This document shows, in pieces, positions 28,107 through 38,511 of a stretch of DNA of 64,000 nt. Each line of letters begins with the position of its first letter. Positions within the stretch are counted from its first letter, which is position 1. A program made the position numbers and the translations under genes. The stretch comes from an uncultured archaeon. Lineage in GTDB: Archaea > Asgardarchaeota > Thorarchaeia > Thorarchaeales > Thorarchaeaceae. Below the pieces are notes generated by a model, which was given only the letters and a program-made list of their open reading frames with translations, made no database searches and was not told the DNA's origin. The stretch is taken from assembly GCA_964610875.1 (NCBI GenBank), contig CAZSWP010000007.1:1-64000 (forward strand), given 5' to 3'.

Positions 28107-29993
28107 CTACAACTTGTACATATGGTAGAAGTATGCACCATGCATTGGATTAGCTGCGTATTGGCAGTTGTACACATTAGCAGCTGTAACTGTAAGTGTA
28201 GTTGATTGCCATACCCAGATGTAGGCTGCGTGGTCGATAATAGCGTCTTGGACTTTTCCATAAAGTTCATCACGCTCATCATCATCTTGACTCTTTGCAG
28301 CATCATCAATCCAACCATCAACGGTTGCTTCATCCCAACCTGCTGAATCAGCTAGTCGGGCCCAGTAACCGAATGTTCCAGTGCTCTTCACATATGGAGC
28401 TACGTAGTTGTCAGGATCTGCGTAATCAGGTGCCCATCCGATCATCCAACATCCAACTTCACCAGCAATGGCTGCGTGGAGGTAATTTGACCATTCGAGA
28501 CCTTGTACGTCGATTGTGAGAGTTCCGCCTAGAGCCACTGCATCATCGTGTTCAAGGATTTCAGTGATTCCGTCCTTGAGCAGGAGCTGTGCCTTACGCC
28601 GAGCCTCATTGCCTGAGTTGTAGTAGAGTGTTATCTTGTATGAGTTGTTGGCTAGAATAGCATCTAGACCATCATTGTTGATAGCATCGTTCCAGTATTC
28701 GACAGCTGCATCAATGTCATACGGATAGACATATGCTGAGTCATTGTGACCGAACATTCCTCGTGGGATAGGTCCTTGACCTTGTACACCGAATCCGTTG
28801 ATAACTGAATCAATAGCTGTTTGGTAGTCGAAAGCATGACTGAGTGCCTGCCTTACATTCTTCAATCGGAATGGATTCTCTATGACCTTGCCTGCGCTAG
28901 TTTCATTCATTGTATCAGTCATTGTGAAGTGAATTGATGCAATGTTGAATGATGGATACTTTGCCCAGACTTTGAGCACGTTAGGATCAAGACTCTGTTG
29001 AGTACCATCGTTGCTTGCGAACTCAGGCGTAGTTGCATTGTTGTAAATCTCGTAGGCATGAGTTTCAGGCCAATAGGACACGTCAGATTCTCCACCTCGA
29101 ATGTTGAGAATTCGGCTGTTCACATCTTCGTTGGTCTTGATAATAATTTCATCAAGTGCACCAGCGTATGGGAACTGTGTTCTCGCCTCAGATTCTCTCC
29201 AATAATTGGTGTTTCTCTCTAAGACAATTCTTTCGTCTACTGTCCATTCTGTGACCATGTATGGTCCAGTACCACAGGTTTCTTCGTCAAGAACATCATT
29301 GTGAGAACCAATCTCAATACCGCCATTCTTCTCAACGAAAGTTGGGCTAATCATAGCACCTACTTCGTAAGTGATAGCAGCAAGGAATGGTGTGTATGGG
29401 TATGCAAGTCGAATCCTAACAGTGTAGTCATCTAATGCAATTACTGCACCAGTACCATTCTCGTTGGCTTCCTTCCATTCTGTGACCAAGGCTACGTGGT
29501 TTGCGCCTCCAGGACCATCACCTGTACCGCTGCCATATACTGCTCCTTCAATTGCTCCTCCACCCACGATGGGTTCGGCAACCATCCAAACAGGACCGCT
29601 TGGATCAAAAGTAGCTAGCATTCGGTAGAAGTTGTATAGGACACAAGATGCGTTGAATGGTGTGCCATCATGGAACGTAACTCCTTGTCGGAGTGTAAAT
29701 GTGTAGTTCAAACCATCACTCGATATCGATACATCGGTTGCGAGTAAAGGTTGTACTGGGTCCGTTCTTAATGTGTTCCATTCATATGTGAACAATGTTT
29801 CATAGACATTGTAATGGATCCATGAACCAAATGATTCATAGTTATTGTGGGGATCCATGTAATCGGGATTGCCTATTGTTTCCCAAACAAGTGTTTGGCC
29901 GGTAGGAGCTTGTGGTGACATAAGTATGTAAGCACCAGCTGCACCGACAATAACAACGACAACCACGATCGCTAAGATCTGATTTCTTTGCAT
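28107..29993 (-). CDS. dppA: oligo/dipeptide ABC transporter substrate-binding protein (family 5)
   Basis: NVYETL, FTLRQGVTFHDGTPF, GTGPY, VRQALSHAFD, GWAPDYADPD; ATG 29993 after AGGAG. Confidence 0.92.
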   Translation of the reverse strand: MQRNQILAIVVVVVIVGAAGAYILMSPQAPTGQTLVWETIGNPDYMDPHNNYESFGSWIHYNVYETLFTYEWNTLRTDPVQPLLATDVSISSDGLNYTFTLRQGVTFHDGTPFNASCVLYNFYRMLATFDPSGPVWMVAEPIVGGGAIEGAVYGSGTGDGPGGANHVALVTEWKEANENGTGAVIALDDYTVRIRLAYPYTPFLAAITYEVGAMISPTFVEKNGGIEIGSHNDVLDEETCGTGPYMVTEWTVDERIVLERNTNYWRESEARTQFPYAGALDEIIIKTNEDVNSRILNIRGGESDVSYWPETHAYEIYNNATTPEFASNDGTQQSLDPNVLKVWAKYPSFNIASIHFTMTDTMNETSAGKVIENPFRLKNVRQALSHAFDYQTAIDSVINGFGVQGQGPIPRGMFGHNDSAYVYPYDIDAAVEYWNDAINNDGLDAILANNSYKITLYYNSGNEARRKAQLLLKDGITEILEHDDAVALGGTLTIDVQGLEWSNYLHAAIAGEVGCWMIGWAPDYADPDNYVAPYVKSTGTFGYWARLADSAGWDEATVDGWIDDAAKSQDDDERDELYGKVQDAIIDHAAYIWVWQSTTLTVTAANVYNCQYAANPMHGAYFYHMYKL

Positions 29994-30235
29994 GTCTTTC
30001 CTCCTTCTATCTCTCAAAACACGAATACCAAAAATAACACTTCAAAGATATATCATTGTTATCTTCGGCTATCGTGTCATGTGATTAACTAACAAAATAT
30101 TGGTAGGCTCTAATATAACTTGTGGATACAAAAATTTTCAGCGAAAATCCAAAGCCTTAAGTACGGAATGAAATATTCGCCCAGCAAAACGGGAAAAGTA
30201 TGGAGATTCCCGTTTTTTAGAGAGGTCCTGTAGAA

Positions 30236-31267
30236 ATGAAGCTTAGGGATTTTATCCTTAGAAGAATTATCTTAGCAATTCCTGTTGTTTTTGGCGTAAT
30301 GACAATTACTTGGTTCCTAGCTTATATTGTGGGTAATCCCGTTGCTATGTATATCAATGAGAATACGCCTGCATCTGCAATTCCTGCTATTATTGAACAA
30401 CACGGGTTCAACGAACCATTACATGTTCAATATTTCCTATATCTATCAAATCTGTTCCAAGGAAATTGGGGCATAAGTACTTCCACCAGTTTCAGACCTG
30501 TCTTGGAAGTTATTGCTGTAAAATTCCCTGCAACAATCGAGTTAGCAATAGTTGCGATGATTTTCGCTATCATTCTCGGGATTCCTCTTGGTATAATTTC
30601 TGCAACGAGGAAAGACCAGAAAGTAGACCATGTGACAAGAGTATTTTCTCTTGCTGGGGTTTCAATGCCAATATTTTGGTTTGCTCTTATGTTAAAGTAT
30701 GTTCTCTTCTATCAACTTACAATAATGGGTTTACCTCATTTACCTCCTGGTGAAAGGTACTCTTTAACGAGATTCAGGTCCTTCGACTATATAACAGGAT
30801 TTCTCCTAGTTGACTCTCTCCTTCATCTAAATATCCCGTTGTTTGTGGATGCAGTATTACATTTGGCGATGCCAGGATTTTGTTTAGGATATCTGACTCT
30901 GGCAATAATCACAAGGATGATGCGTTCTAGTATGTTAGAAGTATTAAAAGAAGACTACATCACCTTGGCCAGATCTAAGGGACTGACGGAGCGAATTGTA
31001 GTCTACAAACATGCATTAAGAAATGCGTTAATTCCAACAGTCACTGTAATCGGTCTTGCATTTGGTGGATTGATTACTGGTGCAGTGCTTACTGAAACAA
31101 TTTTCAATTGGCCTGGACTTGGTAGATGGGCTGTACGAGCAATTCTCAGTTCAGATATAGCTGCTATCAATGGATTTACACTACTTGTAGCTCTAATCTT
31201 TGTCACTGCCAACCTACTAGTTGATTTGGTTTATGGGACATTAGATCCCAGAATTCGGTTTGGATAG
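30236..31267 (+). CDS. dppB: oligo/dipeptide ABC permease B
   Basis: PATIELA, SMPIFW, RMMRSSMLEV...DYITLARSKG, HALRNA, LDPRIR. Confidence 0.93.
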   Translation: MKLRDFILRRIILAIPVVFGVMTITWFLAYIVGNPVAMYINENTPASAIPAIIEQHGFNEPLHVQYFLYLSNLFQGNWGISTSTSFRPVLEVIAVKFPATIELAIVAMIFAIILGIPLGIISATRKDQKVDHVTRVFSLAGVSMPIFWFALMLKYVLFYQLTIMGLPHLPPGERYSLTRFRSFDYITGFLLVDSLLHLNIPLFVDAVLHLAMPGFCLGYLTLAIITRMMRSSMLEVLKEDYITLARSKGLTERIVVYKHALRNALIPTVTVIGLAFGGLITGAVLTETIFNWPGLGRWAVRAILSSDIAAINGFTLLVALIFVTANLLVDLVYGTLDPRIRFG

Positions 31268-31279
31268 GAGGAATATCTT

Positions 31280-32599
31280 TTGACTACTGTTACTGAAACT
31301 CAAATAACCTCAATTGTTCCAGATAAATCACAATTCAACATCGTTTCATTAGTATTACTTTTAGTTTCTATGGCCGGATTGTTATTTGGAGGCATCATAG
31401 TACTAGGTTATCTGGCAACCTCAATTCAGATTCTTATAGGTGCAACAGTTGAGTTTCCTCCGTATATTACAGGTTGGGGAATCCAAGGGTTAATCGCCTT
31501 AGTTTTTGGATATATATTATTTAGACTCTCTCTTGCAGTTGATGAACTAGAAACCTATGCGTTCTCAATGGCTATGTATCTGAATATACTCCTCATCATA
31601 TCTTATTTGACAATTGGGTTTTTGGGGTACATATTGGCGGGATTATCAGGGTTCTCCATTCTAGTTCTTTTCTTACCTGATGTTAAGAAGTACTGGTATC
31701 CATCTTTTCAAGAAGATATGCGACCTAGAATCAAAGAAACTAAGTTCACACTACATCTAATATCTAAGAGTCCATTGGTCGTAGCTGGTATTGTTGTTCT
31801 AGTAGTATTTGTGGCATTAGCCTTATTGGCTCCATTCATTGCTCCATATGGGGCCGAAGAACGGATATGGGCAGATTATAATCTCCCTCCTGGCTCGCCT
31901 AGTACTGAACCCGGAATGCCCCCTCATTATTGGGGAACTGATGACTCTGGTGGAGATATATTCAGCAGAATATTATATGCCGCTCAGGTTGATCTTAGAA
32001 TATCAATTACAATTGTTTTAGTGGCTGTCATAATTGGCACATTAATTGGTTCCGTTTCAGGTTACTATGGAGGCAAAATTGATGAACTCGTAATGCGGGT
32101 GACTGATGTGTTCTTTGCATTTCCAGGTCTTATTCTTGCGATGGCAATTGTAATGGCTTTGGGAGAGCGTAGTTTAGATAACATCTCAATAGCTCTTATG
32201 ATAACCTGGTGGCCAGCTTATGCCAGACTAGTTCGCGGACAGGTTCTTGCGGAACGTGAGAAACTCTACGTCGAAGCAGCAAGGTCAATTGGTGCAAGTG
32301 ACATGCATATCCTGCTGAGTCATGTAATTCCAAACACAATTCAACCATTAATTGTCCAAGCAACGATGGACACAGGTGGAGTTCTTCTTACTGCGGCTGG
32401 TCTTTCCTTTATTGGATTTGGTCCTCCAGCAGGAATTGCTGAATGGGGCTTGATGATTTCAATTGGGCAAAATTATTTCACTATCGCACCTTGGGCAGTC
32501 TTCTTCCCTGGGCTTGCTATTCTACTTGTTGCGTTGGCATTCAACCTTGTAGGTGATGGTATCCGTGATATTATGGATCCGAAACTACGGAGGAGATAA
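31280..32599 (+). CDS. dppC: oligo/dipeptide ABC permease C with extra N-terminal membrane domain
   Basis: WGTDDSGGDIFSR, YVEAARSIGA, HVIPN, FNLVGDGIRD. Confidence 0.92.
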   Translation: MTTVTETQITSIVPDKSQFNIVSLVLLLVSMAGLLFGGIIVLGYLATSIQILIGATVEFPPYITGWGIQGLIALVFGYILFRLSLAVDELETYAFSMAMYLNILLIISYLTIGFLGYILAGLSGFSILVLFLPDVKKYWYPSFQEDMRPRIKETKFTLHLISKSPLVVAGIVVLVVFVALALLAPFIAPYGAEERIWADYNLPPGSPSTEPGMPPHYWGTDDSGGDIFSRILYAAQVDLRISITIVLVAVIIGTLIGSVSGYYGGKIDELVMRVTDVFFAFPGLILAMAIVMALGERSLDNISIALMITWWPAYARLVRGQVLAEREKLYVEAARSIGASDMHILLSHVIPNTIQPLIVQATMDTGGVLLTAAGLSFIGFGPPAGIAEWGLMISIGQNYFTIAPWAVFFPGLAILLVALAFNLVGDGIRDIMDPKLRRR

Positions 32600-32604
32600 G
32601 CTAA

Positions 32605-33765
32605 ATGTCTGATAGTCTAGACCTGGTTCTAAAAGTAAATGGGCTAGTAACAAACTTCTACACTTACGAAGGAGTTGTAAAAGCTCTTGACGGAGTTGAT
32701 ATGTTTCTAAGACGAGGCGATACGATGGGTCTTGTCGGAGAAACAGGTTGTGGTAAATCTGTGACTGCTCGTTCTATCCTTCGTCTTGTTGAACCGCCTG
32801 GTAGGATAGAAGAAGGTGAAATCATCTTTTCTCCACTTAATAGAGCGACAGGTGAAATTGATAACATTGACTTACTCAAACTGAGCAACAAAGAAATGCT
32901 TGACATTAGAGGAGAACGAATTGCTATTGTATTCCAAGACCCTGCCACCTATCCAAATCCAGTATTCAGGATTGGTAACCAGATCGCTGAAGTCGTCATG
33001 CTTCATCAGGACCTTAGCAAAGATGTTCTTGAGATGAAAATTGCTGAACTTGAAAGGTCATTACAAGCAGATATTGATGGCGAGAAGAAAGCTCAGATCG
33101 AGGACAAGATTGCATACTACCGCACACAATTGGATGAACCTCCTGAACCGGATGAGAATGACAAAAAGAAAGCAGCACTCCGTAGAGCGGTTGAGATGCT
33201 GACTTTGGTGAAAATGCCTGCGCCTGAATCAGTAGCTGAGCAATATCCCCATGAATTATCTGGTGGAATGCGTCAGAGAGCTTTGATTGCTATGGCTCTC
33301 GCATGTAATCCTAGTATTTTGATATGCGATGAGGCAACAACTGCACTCGATGTTACCGTTCAGGCGCAGGTTCTCAATCTTCTAAATCAGCTGAAAAGCG
33401 AGATTGGAACTTCGATTATGATCATTACTCATGATATGGGTGTTGTTGCTGAAACTTGTAATTGGGTGAATGTGATGTACGCAGGTACAACTGTGGAAAC
33501 TACATCTACTAGGGAGTTATTCGACAATCCTCTCCATCCCTATACAGCTGGATTACTCATTGCAGTTCCCAAACTACATGAAAATAGGGAGCGACTACCA
33601 CAGATACTTGGTAGTGTACCAAATCTGATTACACCCCCTACTGGTTGCAGATTTCATCCGCGTTGTGAATATGCAATGGATATCTGTAAGAAAGAGAAAC
33701 CCAAGCTCGAAGAGATTGAACCTAATCATTGGGTAGCCTGTCACAACCCACTAGGAGGCAAATGA
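32605..33765 (+). CDS. dppD: oligo/dipeptide ABC ATPase D
   Basis: [40 protein letters not shown]. Confidence 0.93.
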   Translation: MSDSLDLVLKVNGLVTNFYTYEGVVKALDGVDMFLRRGDTMGLVGETGCGKSVTARSILRLVEPPGRIEEGEIIFSPLNRATGEIDNIDLLKLSNKEMLDIRGERIAIVFQDPATYPNPVFRIGNQIAEVVMLHQDLSKDVLEMKIAELERSLQADIDGEKKAQIEDKIAYYRTQLDEPPEPDENDKKKAALRRAVEMLTLVKMPAPESVAEQYPHELSGGMRQRALIAMALACNPSILICDEATTALDVTVQAQVLNLLNQLKSEIGTSIMIITHDMGVVAETCNWVNVMYAGTTVETTSTRELFDNPLHPYTAGLLIAVPKLHENRERLPQILGSVPNLITPPTGCRFHPRCEYAMDICKKEKPKLEEIEPNHWVACHNPLGGK

Positions 33766-34791
33766 ATGAGTTCAAATATCCTTGTTAAAGTCCGTAATCT
33801 TAAGAAGTACTTCCCCCTCACGGGTGGAGTCTTTCGAAAAGTAATTGGAAAAGTTCATGCTGTTGATGGTATTGATTTAGATATCAAAACTGGTGAAACA
33901 ATCGGGATTGTAGGCGAAAGTGGTTGTGGCAAAACAACTCTTGGACGTACCATTCTAAGATTGGTCGAACCAACAAGTGGTACAATTGAGTTTGATGGCA
34001 AAGATATTACAGATTTGACTGGTAGCGATCTTAGGAAAGTTCGTAGAGAAATGCAAATTGTGTTCCAAGACCCAATGGCTTCTCTGAATCCACGTAATAC
34101 TATCAAGAACTCTGTGGGTGAACCACTAGTAGTCAATGGTATTGCGAAGGGACCAAAGATGCGTGATATGGTTTTGGAATTATTGGAAAAAGTTGGCCTT
34201 ACCGAAGACCATCTTAATCGATTTCCTCACGAATTTAGTGGTGGACAAAGGCAGAGAATCTGTATTGCTCGTGCTTTGGCACTAAATCCAAAATTCGTTG
34301 TCATGGACGAACCAACATCCAGTACAGACGTTTCCGTACAAGCACAAACTCTCAACCTAATGAAAGACCTACAAGAGGAACTGAATCTGACTTACATGTT
34401 CATATCTCATGATCTCAGTGTAGTCAAACATATGAGTGACAGAGTTGCTGTGATGTACCTTGGTAAGATTCTTGAACTGACTCCATATGATATCTTCAGG
34501 AAATCATTACATCCATACACATTTGCATTAGTGTCTGCTGTACCAATCCCAGATCCACGATTCGCTGGTAAAGCTCAGATTCTTGCAGGTGAGGTGCCCA
34601 GTCCAATAAATCCTCCTACAGGATGCAGGTTCCATCCACGATGCATATTTGCTACTGAAACTTGTGTTAGAGAAGAACCCAAGCTTAGGGATGTTGGTGA
34701 TGGTCATTTAGTAGCATGTCATTATGCCGGCACACTAGACTTTGGGACCAGCTCGCAACAAGATTATGCTGATGCTGTAGGCGAAACCTGA
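33766..34791 (+). CDS. dppF: oligo/dipeptide ABC ATPase F
   Basis: [32 protein letters not shown]. Confidence 0.93.
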   Translation: MSSNILVKVRNLKKYFPLTGGVFRKVIGKVHAVDGIDLDIKTGETIGIVGESGCGKTTLGRTILRLVEPTSGTIEFDGKDITDLTGSDLRKVRREMQIVFQDPMASLNPRNTIKNSVGEPLVVNGIAKGPKMRDMVLELLEKVGLTEDHLNRFPHEFSGGQRQRICIARALALNPKFVVMDEPTSSTDVSVQAQTLNLMKDLQEELNLTYMFISHDLSVVKHMSDRVAVMYLGKILELTPYDIFRKSLHPYTFALVSAVPIPDPRFAGKAQILAGEVPSPINPPTGCRFHPRCIFATETCVREEPKLRDVGDGHLVACHYAGTLDFGTSSQQDYADAVGET

Positions 34792-34838
34792 ATCATTCGA
34801 TTCATACCACTGAATTAAAGTGTATAAGTAAAAGATGA

Positions 34839-35078
34839 TTGGTAGTGAGTTTGATGTATCACTCTGAAGACTATTCTGATGATCAAAGTGAGGTTCATGA
34901 CGAGCCTGATTGGGATGATTATCCTCAGTTTGAAGACGAAGAAGAATCTGTTTCTCTGGATGCCACGGATTATATTGCTTTATTTATTGCAGCACTTCAG
35001 ACAATTTTCTTACCTTTAGTTATTCTAATGGTTTTTCTTCTAACAGTTGGTTTAATTCTAACGTATCTGGTTCCATAA
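34839..35078 (+). CDS. small membrane protein with acidic N-terminus
   Basis: D/E-rich N-terminus, hydrophobic C-terminal hairpin (DYIALFIAAL...LP). Confidence 0.65.
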   Translation: MVVSLMYHSEDYSDDQSEVHDEPDWDDYPQFEDEEESVSLDATDYIALFIAALQTIFLPLVILMVFLLTVGLILTYLVP

Positions 35079-35133
35079 TGAGATGTCTATAGTCTACAAT
35101 AATTGGTTTACTCTCTAAGAATTCATTTGGACC

Positions 35134-35979
35134 TTAGAAAATCAAGTCATATAATGCTACTAGCCAGGAATGAAACGCTATCACTTCCTCTGTTTCATTC
35201 ATGGATTGGAATTTCTTGCCAATATATACCACTACTTCACCACTGAGTTTTGTAGATTTTCGCTTTCCTACACGTAGATTGACACTTCCACCATCTAGGT
35301 TCAATGCAAAACCATGTTCATAGAATACCCTTGGATGTTCAGAAAAAGAGTAGTCTGCTCTATCGTCTGGATTGGGATTAAGATTCTTCCTTATGTTGCC
35401 AAATGATAATTTGACCTCTACCATCTGTGCTTCATATTTGGGCACATGTTCAATTGGACCAGGGATTGTCGGAGCAAGAATTGGTCTTGCTGCCCGTTTC
35501 AATGCAACAACTCGTGACTCAAGAACTCCACAGAAATCACCGCCTGTTCCTCTAATTACAAAATAATCATTCTGTTCTACAATGGCTTCGACTAAGTGTT
35601 CAGTATCTCGACATGCACCGGTTGGATTTTTCGGATTTACAGCAGAAGTATTCCAATAGAAGTATGGTATAGTAATCATTGGAAGCATCATTTCAGGATT
35701 CTTAGACTTCTTTTTCATCATTTTCCATAGCGCGTCATTATAAACGTATAATGATACAGAGAATGTTGGATGTTTTTTGGAATATTCAATCACGAACTCA
35801 TCCAAACTCTTACTCCCAGCTAGCCCTTCAGCTGCACCACGTAATTGGTCGATTGATAGTTGTGTCTTTCCTTTATCTTCAATCATTGAGGATTGATCGA
35901 GCGATAACACAATAGGTATGTTATACTTTATCTCAAATTGTTCAATCGCTTGTTTTGAAAATGCATATCTAGATAACAC
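35134..35979 (-). CDS. hypothetical protein (true start uncertain)
   Basis: 281 aa ORF; frame stays open to 36063. Confidence 0.7.
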   Translation of the reverse strand: MLSRYAFSKQAIEQFEIKYNIPIVLSLDQSSMIEDKGKTQLSIDQLRGAAEGLAGSKSLDEFVIEYSKKHPTFSVSLYVYNDALWKMMKKKSKNPEMMLPMITIPYFYWNTSAVNPKNPTGACRDTEHLVEAIVEQNDYFVIRGTGGDFCGVLESRVVALKRAARPILAPTIPGPIEHVPKYEAQMVEVKLSFGNIRKNLNPNPDDRADYSFSEHPRVFYEHGFALNLDGGSVNLRVGKRKSTKLSGEVVVYIGKKFQSMNETEEVIAFHSWLVALYDLIF

Positions 35980-36126
35980 AAATCCTGTGCATCTGTTGTT
36001 CTGAATAGGTCTTTTGGTTGTTACAACCTTTCTGAAAGATTGCTCAGAGGGAATTGCATATTGTCATATTCCAATTCTTTTTATAAAATGGGTGCTGAAC
36101 AGATTTACATTTCATGAGGAAGAAAT

Positions 36127-36462
36127 ATGACAATTAACTATTGGAAGATTTTACAGCCTCTTGCTTTGGCAACCGTCATTGCCGTTGCTGACATTCTCGT
36201 TGCCTTCATCATTTATCTCCTAAATCCTGCTATTTCAGTATTTACCACTGCTTCCAATTTTCTATTGCTCGAGTTTGGTGTACTTCTAGTTCTTGGTGGA
36301 TGTCTAATGGCAAGACAGCCCTTGAAGGACAAGGATCGCTATGATGATGATGGTACTCCTACTCGTGCTTGGAGATACGCTCAGAATGGTCAAAAGATCT
36401 TACTTACATCTGTATTTGTATTAGTCTTGTCAATTGCTTTCGTTTTTCTAGGATTCTTGTAA
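36127..36462 (+). CDS. small membrane protein
   Basis: 3 TMs; GAGGA SD. Confidence 0.7.
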   Translation: MTINYWKILQPLALATVIAVADILVAFIIYLLNPAISVFTTASNFLLLEFGVLLVLGGCLMARQPLKDKDRYDDDGTPTRAWRYAQNGQKILLTSVFVLVLSIAFVFLGFL

Positions 36463-36490
36463 CGGTTGTGAGCATTTCGTGGAATCCGTA

Positions 36491-37252
36491 TTAATCTGAC
36501 CTTGTCAATTTCTTTATGATAACAACTACCAAATACATTGCAAATGGAATTGCGACTGCGAGATATAGCAATGCTAATGGGAACCAGATTTCTGCAAGGA
36601 GAATTGCTGGATTCCAAAAAAGATAATTCGAAATTAAAGCTACCAGAAATGCCGCTGCTTGTGGAGTTATTTCAGCCCATGGTGACATAACCAAAAAGAT
36701 AGTTCCAATAATAAAAGACAGAGCATTCCATTTCATGATGGAATTGATTGCCAACTTTGTATACATATAGTCTTCACGATTCAAATCATCCAAATCATAT
36801 TTCAAAAGGTGAGTGAGTAAATCATCAGAAACTCTGGGTGCTCCTGGACCTATAGCCAAAAGAACTCCATTAAAGAGCACTAAGCTTGAAATTCCTATCA
36901 CTATCAATGACTGGATGACTATTGCACCAATGACAAGAGCAGCTACGCCTAGAAGTAGACCTATCCCGATTGCTGCACTCAAGGTATTATCCATGAGATG
37001 GTTTTGAAATTTCACACCAAGATTACTATGTTTACGCTGCGTCACGTTTTCAAAAACCCACTTGTATGCAATACAGTTTGTATATTCCGTATCACCGGTT
37101 AGATCCAAATCATACACTCTATAGGTTGTCTCAAGATTGTCAGCGAATTGTTTGTAATTCATTATTTTGCGACTTCTCCACAGAGTGACAAGAATGATGA
37201 GCAATCCAGTTGCCATAAAAGAAATCACAAGTTCCATTATTTTACATCTCAA
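36491..37252 (-). CDS. multi-pass membrane protein
   Basis: 253 aa with about 6 hydrophobic segments. Confidence 0.7.
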   Translation of the reverse strand: MRCKIMELVISFMATGLLIILVTLWRSRKIMNYKQFADNLETTYRVYDLDLTGDTEYTNCIAYKWVFENVTQRKHSNLGVKFQNHLMDNTLSAAIGIGLLLGVAALVIGAIVIQSLIVIGISSLVLFNGVLLAIGPGAPRVSDDLLTHLLKYDLDDLNREDYMYTKLAINSIMKWNALSFIIGTIFLVMSPWAEITPQAAAFLVALISNYLFWNPAILLAEIWFPLALLYLAVAIPFAMYLVVVIIKKLTRSD

Positions 37253-37399
37253 CTCTAAGTTGCTAGGTCTTAGAGAAATTCCACAATATATAGTATGTGT
37301 GATAAGTCAAAATAAACAATCATCATTTTTCTGCATAGAATCAATCGAAGATAGAGCGACAAGATGAAAAGTAAATTGTATCAAACTATCTAGAGTTTC

Positions 37400-38257
37400 T
37401 TGACACGATTTCTTGTACAAACTGCCGCAGAAAATAGATTGCATGATTGGGTTGCTCTATTCAACAAACTATCAATTAGTACTAATGATGTTTCAATATC
37501 TCAGATGTCTGCTGCACAGCTAAATCGATTTGTCAAAAGAAATTCAATCGATCTTGCATCATTCTACATAGCTTATCGTGGAACACTGCCTTTGGCCATT
37601 TGTTATGCAAAAGAAGTTGGTGATGTATTTTGGGTGACAGATTTTGAAGTTGACAAAAATGGAGAAGGGGCGGCAATGACATTAGTTGATTCATTAATCA
37701 ATAGAGCACGAGATTCAAACTGCCAAAGGATAAATCACATAACAAACACTGTTTCAGGAATAGAAACAGATCTCTTGACATCATTTCTCTTTGATTTCCA
37801 TCATGTTCATGCAGATATGATATACAATTCTACTAAAGAGCCATCGTTCAATAAAATGGATGATATTAATATTTCTGAGTTGGAATATTCTCATGAGATG
37901 ATATTACCAATTCATCCAATCTCAAGCATAAGAGAAATCTTTCTATCTCAGTCAATGCGTTGGGTAGCTTTGTATTCTGTCCAATCAAGATTCGACACCG
38001 ATCTTAGTCTAGTCTGTTATCGTTCAAAAACCAATCAACGTCAAGCATGGTTTATCATCTCAGATCCGTTGAACTGGTATAGAATGGGTATCCTTGAGCA
38101 AATTATACAAGCTGGGATTACATATGGTTTTAAGCAAGGTATAAGACGTTTCTTTCTTCAATGTGATGCATCACATCAGTTCATGAAAATATTGAAAGAA
38201 ATCGGTTACAAAAAAGAGAGTTCAAATTATATATTATCCCTAAATTTAGAATACTGA
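37400..38257 (+). CDS. hypothetical protein, possible tandem GNAT-like fold
   Basis: patterns LVDSLINRAR..NCQRI and ILKEIGYKK resemble GNAT motifs A/B. Confidence 0.45.
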   Translation: MTRFLVQTAAENRLHDWVALFNKLSISTNDVSISQMSAAQLNRFVKRNSIDLASFYIAYRGTLPLAICYAKEVGDVFWVTDFEVDKNGEGAAMTLVDSLINRARDSNCQRINHITNTVSGIETDLLTSFLFDFHHVHADMIYNSTKEPSFNKMDDINISELEYSHEMILPIHPISSIREIFLSQSMRWVALYSVQSRFDTDLSLVCYRSKTNQRQAWFIISDPLNWYRMGILEQIIQAGITYGFKQGIRRFFLQCDASHQFMKILKEIGYKKESSNYILSLNLEY

Positions 38258-38480
38258 ACCCAAGAATCTTCTTTTTCGCGCCACATGGAATTATGCGAAT
38301 CATTCTTTGAAAAGATGTATATACCCAAATAATACACGGGTAACATGCTGAAAGCCGGGAGGTTATGGCGTCAGACGTGTGGAGAGTCATGGATTTGTGT
38401 GCGCAGAGTGTTGCAAGATTTATTATTGCATGATACTGCTATTCGCTTCTCTACAGAAAGGAAAGAGTAAAACCCCTTTA

Positions 38481-38506
38481 GTGAGCGTCGATAGACTGGC
38501 GCTCAC
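38481..38506. terminator. GC-rich hairpin at 3' end of orphan ATPase gene
   Basis: GTGAGCGTC...GGCGCTCAC. Confidence 0.5.
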
Positions 38507-38511
38507 GCCAT

